Translations under genes and position numbers: made by a program
The notes under the pieces: model-generated
The model's database searches: none
What the model was told of the DNA's origin: nothing
Seen by the model: only the letters and a program-made list of their open reading frames with translations
NCBI RefSeq assembly: GCF_006345805.1
Contig: NC_043001.1
Span: forward strand, 35,154,001-35,218,000
DNA: 64,000 bases
From: Octopus sinensis
Lineage: Eukaryota
Direction: 5' to 3'
Part shown: positions 55,036-64,000 of the stretch, in pieces
Numbering within the stretch: position 1 is the first letter of the stretch
Layout: each line of letters starts with the position of its first letter

Positions 55036-55213
55036 ATGTCCGGGGCTTAGGGAGCTTACCTCACTTGACAGTAAATACGACGGTGCGTTATTGTGATTAT
55101 GATATATTTTTACTTTTACTTCTAGTAATATGACTGCTGAATAGCACCCTCAGTCGCTTTATTGACTTATATATTTTTGCATTTAGGTTGAAAAATTGCT
55201 AAGTTACCCTTAT

Positions 55214-55253
<40 letters not shown>

Positions 55254-55376
55254 AAGATAGATAGATAGATAGATAGTATAATGTATACATATTATGTATA
55301 TTATTATATATAATGTATATATATATATTATGTATATATATATATATATTATGTATATATATATATATATATATAT

Positions 55377-55431
<55 letters not shown>

Positions 55432-55686
55432 ACCTGCGTGAGTTGAGATTATCACTGTCTAGGAGATATCTGAGATATCTTATGTTAGTGTATATATTTA
55501 TCTTCTATTCTAAATTAGATATGTGGTGAAGCAATTTTTGCTTAATCCTAATTATAATTATGCTTATAATTATAGAATTTTTGTAAAGTTTACCGATAAG
55601 GGTTCTTTAAGCATACCCAATACTTGGTAAATTATTAATTATTTATTTATTAGTTAATATACATATATATATACATATATATACAT

Positions 55687-55754
<68 letters not shown>

Positions 55755-55759
<5 letters not shown>

Positions 55760-56430
55760 CAATATAGGGTGGCAAAAAAAATTTTGTAGAATTTTTTTGC
55801 CACCAGCGGCCTAGTGGGAAAAAATTAAATAGTCATAGACCATTTTTAAGTTCAACATCAACAATCAAGGAACGGCCATAATAGGCCATTCACCCACTAG
55901 AAATAACAGCCAAAGCTTTCAACCGCAAATAAAAATCAATTCCGTAAACAGGAGAAAATTTAAAAAACATTTACCCTGTAATTTCTTATACGATGCACCG
56001 TTTCATCTGCTGTTTATGGCAAACTAACCTGATTAAATTAAATCAAGCCAATCTTCCATAGGCCTCAGATTCTTCAGTAAGAAATAGCCCAAGTCGGAAC
56101 AGATATTTACACGAGGCATTTCCGACCCTGCCAAGGTAATATCTGACCTAAAAATTTTCAAATCATCGCACTCGCGCCAAATTTATCGGCAGAAAATAAA
56201 TATAAGCCGTCGATTCCATTACGGAATTAACCAGAAAATTCATAATAATCAATATAGGGTGGCAAAAAAAAATTTGTAGAATTTTTTTGCCACCAGCGGC
56301 CTAGTGGGAAAAAATTAAATAGTCATAGACCATTTTTAAGTTCAACATCAACAATCAAGGAACGGCCATAATAGGCCATTCACCCACTAGAAATAACAGC
56401 TTCAACCGCAAATAAAAATCAATTCCGTAA
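55755..56430 (-). mobile_element. Hammerhead-bearing 490-bp tandem unit plus partial second unit (pLTR/retrozyme-like)
   Basis: AATCAATATAGGGTGGC at 55757 and 56247 (period 490). The second copy stops at about 56430 and has a 7-nt deletion. (TA)n on the left. Confidence 0.88.
55981..56085 (-). ncRNA. Canonical type I hammerhead ribozyme with long stem II, GUA site
   Basis: AUUUCUUA-CUGAAGA-AUCUG...CAGAU-GAA-ACGGU(GC)AUCGU-A|UAAGAAAU: perfect 8-bp stem I, intact core, 5-bp stem III. Confidence 0.85.
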
Positions 56431-56970
56431 AATTACGAAGTAAGTATTATTGTATTATTGCAACGTTCGCTCATTTCAAATAAAACTTTAAATTCTGGTA
56501 ATTTCAAGACATCTGCTGTCATATGAAGTATATAATACAAATGACAGACCAAATTTGTATGTATTAAACCAATGCCAATTTAGATGTTTAAAAATACAAT
56601 TAAATTTACTTCAACGTCACTTAAATTTACTTCAGGCACAATAGTGGTAAATCTTCATTTTAATTTCTACACGAATCATTACAAGAATAAATACCATATT
56701 TCTGCACCAAACCGATATATTTCTGTCTCTGCACATGTATAAGAAAGGTTATATCATCTATGTTTAGATTACATATTATATGTAGAATTTTATTTCTAGA
56801 TTGCACGAGTTGAAATACTTATGCAATCATAATATCAGGTAAATATACACATAGTTATACAATATTCAGGACGTAATTACCCTGTGCACCAACGCAGTGA
56901 AACACACGGTTATACAAGCACATGTACACTCATTAAATTTTTCATATATTCATACACATATATAGACATG

Positions 56971-57081
<111 letters not shown>

Positions 57082-57140
57082 GTATGTATGTAGATATATA
57101 TATGTACATATATATATGTATATATATATGTATATATATA

Positions 57141-57204
<64 letters not shown>

Positions 57205-57361
57205 CATATATAAGTACATTAAAAGGCTCCTAAATAAAGAAACCTAAATAAAGAATTGTACTTATATATGAATAATATATAGTCTAATGACTAATTTGTC
57301 TTTTGTGCTAGATCACTGGTAATAATAATTTATTTTATTACCCTATTTACTATGTTTACAT

Positions 57362-57426
<65 letters not shown>

Positions 57427-57466
57427 TATATATATATATGTACATACATATATATATACATATATA

Positions 57467-57504
<38 letters not shown>

Positions 57505-57609
57505 TGAGAGAGTTAATAAATAATAAGCAATTTCACCATGCTGACATAACAGTTAAACTGACCAAAACACAAGTTATCACTAAATACAAAGGTAAAATCG
57601 GGCAAATTA

Positions 57610-57912
57610 TTAAGGATTCTAATAACCCCATCCCAATACCAAAAAAAAAAATCGAAAATTGAACGCCAGACATACCCGGATAACCTGTGATTTCGTACTG
57701 TTAGATCTCATCAGCGAGCGTCCTCTGACGCAGGGTTATAGGATTTATTCATCTCAACCAATGTGTATGACGACCGTTTTTAATGCCGCAGCAAATTTAA
57801 AAGAAGTGATCGAAGTAAATAAAATTTTTTTAAATATCAGTTGTGATCCGGGTATGTCTGACTTTCAATTTTCGATATTTTTCGTAATTGGGATGGGGTT
57901 CTTAGGGTCTTT
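57610..57912. mobile_element. MITE with terminal inverted repeats of about 65 bp
   Basis: CCCATCCCAAT...ATCGAAAATTGAA..CAGACATACCCGGAT at 57626-57681 is inverted at 57846-57898. The left junction TTAA|GG would fit Kolobok, but the right junction is degenerate. Confidence 0.72.
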
Positions 57913-58118
57913 ATTCATTTTCTGGAGTTCCCCTTTGTGTTTACAGGTAAGTTATGGTTTGGTCAGCTTCACTGCTATGTCACATACTGGTCCTTCTTTC
58001 TAGTCCCCTTATTTATTGATCGGTATTTTATGCATTATAGTTTTTTTACGCATGCTGAACCATTGATATTAGTATAAATGATAATATCCTCATATATATT
58101 TATGTGTGTGTATGTGCG

Positions 58119-58425
<307 letters not shown>

Positions 58426-58439
58426 CACACACACACATA

Positions 58440-58478
<39 letters not shown>

Positions 58479-58961
58479 TGTGTGTGAGTGTGTGTGTGTG
58501 TGTGTGTGTTACATATGCATGCGGTAAATGCAGTTTATTTTTAAATATTATTTCAACTGCTGAAAGCAAAAATGATTAATTGTTGCAGAAACGACGCAAT
58601 GAATGAAATTGAACCAATAATTCAGTTCTTCATTTACATAGAGTTGACTCTAAGCCTGCAGCTCAACAGAGAATGAATTTGGCAAATTCGACTTAGATGT
58701 GCTCCCAAAAGTACAACCAAAAGCACTTCATATGATATTCACTTATATTACATTTATAAGAGTTTTGAGTGAAAAGTAGTTAAGCGTGAGTAAATTTCCA
58801 GTTGCTAATCATTTGTGAACACGATGTTATAGTTTCAAGCGAGTTGATCACTGTGTTATACAGTAAGCTCAAAACCGAAAGTATACATATGCCTAACAAA
58901 AATTCATGACAGCTTAGCTATGTTAGTGTCTTTGAACCATAATATAATATAGTATGATACG

Positions 58962-59460
58962 CATAAGCTCTGGTCATCAAGTCTGGTCATCAAGTAGAGA
59001 TTTCAAACTTAAAATCTTCAAAGCCACAGCCGAACCAATTCTACTATATAGCTCAGAAACCTGGACGTTATCAAAGAAGCTTGAGAGGCGGTCGGATGGA
59101 ACTTACACTCGCCTCCTTATGAGAGCTCAAAAATCTCTCGTGGAAGCGTCATCCAACCAAAGTACAAATATATAGGAAACTACCACTTGTATCATCTCTT
59201 GTGGAAAGTAGAAGAGTCCAGTTTGCTGGACATTGTTGTAGAGCTGAAAACGAGGTTATTTCTGCTCTTCTCCTCTGGAAGCCATCTGCTCGCGATACCA
59301 GAGGGCGCACACTCTCCTACCCTGATGTAATCTCCAGGGATACAGGCATCCAGCAACAGGACCTCCGTAATGCTATGATGGACCGTGAAGTCTGGCGTAG
59401 CAGAGTAAATTCCATTGTCTCGACCACGTTCAAACAATGATGATGATGATGATGATGATG
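58962..59460 (+). mobile_element. 3' end of an RTE-superfamily LINE (RTE-X-like) with (TGA)n tail
   Basis: KLKIFKATAEPILLYSSETWTLSKKLERRSDGTYTRLLM / SRRVQFAGHCCRAENEVISALLLWKP...GRTLSYPDVISRDTG...DLRNAMMDREVWR, then TGATGATGA. Confidence 0.88.
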
Positions 59461-59527
59461 ATATAGTATTATATATTTATTATTCATAACAGAAATGCGT
59501 CGGTTAGTGTTGCTAACTAGAGTAAAT

Positions 59528-59825
59528 TCATAACAATAAGGTCATGTTAATCATCACCATCATCATAATCATGATCATCGTCATCATCGCCGGCAGCAGT
59601 AGGAGCATCGGCATCATTCTCCCAACATTATCCCAACCACCACCACCACACCACCACAAAAACAACAACAACAACAACAACACCACTACCACCACCACTA
59701 CCACCACCAACACCAACAAACCACCATTACCACCACCAGCACCACCACCACCACCATCATCATCACTACGACTACTACCCCACCTCCTCCTCATCATCAT
59801 CATCATTATCATCATCGTCACGATG
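59528..59825. repeat. Compound trinucleotide low-complexity tract (CAT/CAC/AAC)n
   Basis: Read directly. Confidence 0.85.
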
Positions 59826-60364
59826 TTTATAGGGATAAATTTCATGCTAATAAATTCTAACCAAATAAAACGAGACACATTCAGATAATTTTCTTACACA
59901 ACTGAATGTCTTCAGTCTTAGTTTCCTTGCACTTTGTTTTGGTATCTTGGCGGGTTTATTTTCTTTTTACAAATCCATACACCGGGAATTGATAAGCTAT
60001 CACTGGTAATATTGAGAGGGTCCTTAGACACGTGTCCACATGTTTATACAAATGCTCGCGCGCACGCGCGTGTGTGTGTGTGGTGTGTGTGAGAGTTTTT
60101 CTACGTGCCTGTGTGTGTTTGTGTCACTGTGTAAGTATATATGATCATACACACTCGCATATACATATATGTGTAAGAGTATGTATTTATGTATTATGTA
60201 TGGATATATACTCATAGACACATATATTCATAAATGCATATATGTATATATATATATATAGAATATGCATATATGTATGCATGTTTGTGTGTAAGCATGA
60301 ACGTGTATGTATAAACAGTGTATATATACATACATACATACATATATACACACACAGACACGCG

Positions 60365-60464
<100 letters not shown>

Positions 60465-60569
60465 CTTATAGAAATTGTAAGACAACAAAATAATGAAAGA
60501 GACCTCAATATTATGTAAATAGAGGAATTTATCTGTAAACGTAATACGTGACAATTATTCAGTAGTCAT

Positions 60570-60630
60570 GATAAAACTCCAAATTTCGGATGTCGGGGTG
60601 GAAATCCACGCCGCCATCTCTTCAGTTATC
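60570..60630 (-). ncRNA. Type I hammerhead motif, family G, canonical CUGAAGA core
   Basis: GAUAA-CUGAAGA-GAUG.CGG.GUGG(AUUU)CCAC.CCG.CAUC-C-GAA-AUUU(G)GAGU-U|UUAUC. Confidence 0.62.
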
Positions 60631-60665
60631 CGGCCATCGGACAAAATGCTATGAAAATGACCGTT

Positions 60666-61040
60666 AGGCGTGGCTGTGTGGTAAGAAGCCTACTTCCCAG
60701 CCACATGGTTCCGGGTTCATTCCCATTGCGTGGGACTTTGGACAAGTGTCGTCTACTAGAGCCCTGGGCCGACGAAAGCCTTGTGAGTGGATGAAGCAGA
60801 CAGAAACTGAAAGAAACTTGTCAAATATGTGTGTGTGTGGTGTTTGTTCCCACCACCATCGTTTGGCAGCCGATGTTACTGTCGTTACGTCTCCGAAACG
60901 CAGCAGTTCGGCAAAAGAAAGCGATAGAATAAGTACTAGGCTTTTGAAGAATAAGTTCTAGGGGTCGAATTTCTTCGAGCAAGGGTGGTATTCCAGCATG
61001 GCCACTGTCAAATGACTGAAACAAGTAAAAGAATAAAAGA
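60666..61040 (+). mobile_element. SINE family B
   Basis: Head, short internal (TG)n, tail. Confidence 0.82.
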
Positions 61041-61746
61041 CTATAGATATATAGGTATACATACATACATACATACATTTATTTATGTATATAAATATGT
61101 ATGTATTTATGTATTATGTACGCGTGTTTTTGTATATACAAACTAAATTCATAGATAAGGAAATTGTACTTTTGTTATTAATATATACAAAATCGCGTGC
61201 AATGGGATATTCCTGGGATACATCTTGGGCGCAAAATCAGCTAGTGTGTTGACAATTCAGTAACTCAAATCTCTGCCGATTATCGTGTGAAGACATTTGG
61301 GCGATAGGAGGCAAACCCTAATGAAATAACAAGACGAGCATATGTATAAATTTGAAAATTCAACTGCGATTTCCATTAAAGCAAAATTTGACAACTTTGA
61401 CCGTTTTAAAATATTTACACAAAATAATATATGATATGTCCTCGAGTTTGCTTTAGACGAGCCTAGGGTGTGTATGAAACCATCAATGGATCAGATATGA
61501 GCATGGTATAAAATTTAAAAGATTACATATGCAAAAGCAACACTGATGCATGTTATTTTCATTACAGACCGATCTGTTTTTATCGTAGACATATTCGATC
61601 TTCAAGTTTCTAAGATTGCCGTTGTTGTTATTAAGACCGGGTAAGAATTGTTTTGAACACATTTTTTTCTGTTAGGGAGGAATGAAAATATCAAACCGTA
61701 TTAAGACATTGCCGGCCAATGTTTGATTCTTCCGTTATTTTCTAGA

Positions 61747-61783
<37 letters not shown>

Positions 61784-61949
61784 ATATATTAGATATATAT
61801 ATATATATAATTACATTATATCTATATCTATATCTATCGAGGAAAGCCGGCTGATAGAATTTTTTTTTAAAGTTCGTTATTTATATGTACTCATGATTTT
61901 TGCTTCGGCTTTTTTCCGTGGGCGCATGTAAGTATCTTATTTATATCCA

Positions 61950-62025
61950 TTCGTATTTTCTACTGGAGAGGAAAAAATCTATTATGAGATTAATTCCGAA
62001 ATTGATTCAATATAGAAATAACGAA
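61950..62025 (+). ncRNA. Type I hammerhead, copy 1 (A6G core change)
   Basis: UUUCUA-CUGGAGA-GGAA.AAUCU(AUUAUG)AGAUU.UUCC-GAA-AUUG(AUU)CAAU-A|UAGAAA. Confidence 0.68.
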
Positions 62026-62367
62026 CTTTTAAAAAAATTTCGATTCCAGTTCTTCGTGTTTTTCTGTAGCAAGTAAATAATATGTGGAAATTGACGATTT
62101 AAAAGTCTGTTATCAGCATATTGGCATAGAAATAATTTTCTTTAGCCCTTATTTATAAGTTGTTTATAATTTTAACCTTAAAGGTATTTTAATATGCTGC
62201 CACATTTTTTGATGGAATTTTTTTCTGTAAAAAACTTCATCCTATATTAGTAGTAGACATTACTATTCGCTATAGGACTGGTAACCACTATAAGGTGTAG
62301 TGGAGAACAGTTCCCACGTGTGTCGGCTTTTTTCCATGGGCGCATGTAAGAATCTTGTTTATATCCT

Positions 62368-62444
62368 TTCGTATTTTCTACTGAAGAGGCAAAAAATCTA
62401 TTATGAGATTAATTCCGAAATTAATTCAATATAGAAATAACGAA
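62368..62444 (+). ncRNA. Type I hammerhead, copy 2 (canonical core)
   Basis: UUCGU..UUUCUA-CUGAAGA-GG(C)AA.AAUCU/AGAUU.UUCC-GAA-AUU...AAU-A|UAGAAA..ACGAA. Confidence 0.75.
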
Positions 62445-62621
62445 CTTTTTAAAAAAATTCTATTGGCTGGCTTTCCTCGATTTCAGCTCTTCGTGTTTTC
62501 TGTAGCGAGTAAATAATATGTGGAAATTAACGATTTAAAAGTCTGTTATCAGCATATTCGCATAGAAATAATTTTCTTTATCCCTTATTTATAAGTTGTA
62601 CATATATATATATATATATCT

Positions 62622-62947
62622 TAGCACTCCGTCGATTACGACAACGAGGGTCCCAGCTAATATAAGATCAATGGAACAGTTTGCTCGTGAAATTAACGTG
62701 TAAGTGGCTGAGTAATCCACAGACACGTGTACCCCGGACGTAGTACACAGGAAGATTCAGCGTGACACAGGGTGTGACAAGGTTGGCCCGTTTGAAATAC
62801 AGGTACAACTCATTTTTGCCAGCTGAGTGGACTGGAGCGACGTGAAATAAGGTGTCTTGCTCAAGAACACAACTCGTTCCCCGAATTTGAACTCATCACC
62901 TTACAATTGTGAGACCAATGCCCTATCCACTGAGCCACGCGCCTTCA
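62622..62947 (-). mobile_element. SINE family C, full length
   Basis: Reverse complement of the 12707-type head, core and tail. Confidence 0.85.
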
Positions 62948-64000
62948 CAACACACGCACACACACGCACGCACACATACCCCCCCCCCCCCCCATATATA
63001 TGAAAGCATACGTCATTCCTTTGGTTAATGATGAGTGGGGCTTTTTGTATTGCATTAAATTTATGACTTTAATGCGTTGCATTTAGATTTTAAGTGCTGA
63101 AGAAAAATTCTCCGTCGTGTCCATCCAATTATATGAAAGCGAAATAATTAAGAAGTTACTTAATATCAGGTTTTGATTAGATATATTAAGAAAAGTAAAT
63201 TTTTAATTCATTTTAATTACAAGGTATATTCTTAACTGATGTCTAAATCTGAAATTATTAAAATCTAATGTGATATTTTAATTTCTATATGATTAAAATC
63301 ATTAGAGACGGAGTGTATGATTAAATTAAGTTTGATACATATATTGACACTACAGTACATCTATGCATATATGTACGTACGTATGTATGTATGTATGTAT
63401 GTATGTATGTATATATCTATATATGTATGTATTATGTGTATGTGTTGTGTTCGCATTCATGTTTGTTTTGTGTGTGCTCAACTAACTAAAATCTATTTTA
63501 AAACATACAAGCTGGCTGGTTAGATGAAAAGCTTCATGGAAGCAATTATGATGATGTTGAATGGAGGTTTATACAGAGATCACACAGAGTCGCATACACA
63601 CACACACACACACGCACGCACAGACACACACTCACACACACACAAACGCTCGCACGCATACTCCCACACACATATATCTACATATATGAATTAAATTTAT
63701 CGCAATAGTGACAATCCCAAGATAGCACTTCGTATCCCACGACAGAATTAATTACAGTATGTTTACAGATAAGCATCTAAAAATATGGGGGAACATCATA
63801 ACCTATACGTATAGCTATTGAAATAAATATCGGTATGGGAGTCCAGACTTTGAGATATCATAATTTCATAAAGTACACAGAGAAAAATCAGGGCAATGAA
63901 AGAATTATTAATCATATTAGGATGATGCGATGTTTTACAGAAGCAAAAACAAAGAAAAACGCAACGAAACAGGGTGTATGAGTAAAAAAACAAGAATGAC

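Larger units (their letters stand above)
61837..62600 (+). mobile_element. Hammerhead-bearing tandem element of about 419 bp period with 5' inverted segment (pLTR/retrozyme-like)
   Basis: Direct copies at about 61905-62170 and 62323-62590. Bases 61837-61885 are the reverse complement of 62435-62480. (TA)n on both sides. Confidence 0.88.

Noticed and set aside
57690-57715. CTGATGA...GAAA on the minus strand inside the MITE
   Set aside because: Core words are present but there is no stem II or stem I pairing.

Overview
Repeat-saturated, AT-rich eukaryotic non-coding DNA, most likely an intron or intergenic stretch of a cephalopod (Octopus-like) genome. That assignment is inferred from the SINE families and a mollusc-type nad1 NUMT. 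No host protein-coding gene could be identified, and nearly all ORFs in the track are microsatellite artefacts. The window holds three tRNA-derived SINE families, decayed non-LTR retrotransposons (R4/Dong, RTE, RTE-X-like, HERO-like), Penelope-like (PLE) RT and endonuclease-tail fragments, a Chapaev3-like transposase fragment, two MITEs and one NUMT. The main discovery is a dense set of type I hammerhead ribozymes: about 15 motifs from at least 8 unrelated sequence families. Three sit in 360-490 bp tandem units with PLE pseudo-LTR/retrozyme architecture (8.1-9.1, 55.8-56.4, 61.8-62.6 kb). They include a U3:A8 compensatory-core variant and a canonical ribozyme with a very long stem II next to a pseudoknot. 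Most of these elements end at their 3' side in a (TA)n tract. All structures were folded by eye and need computational and in vitro confirmation.
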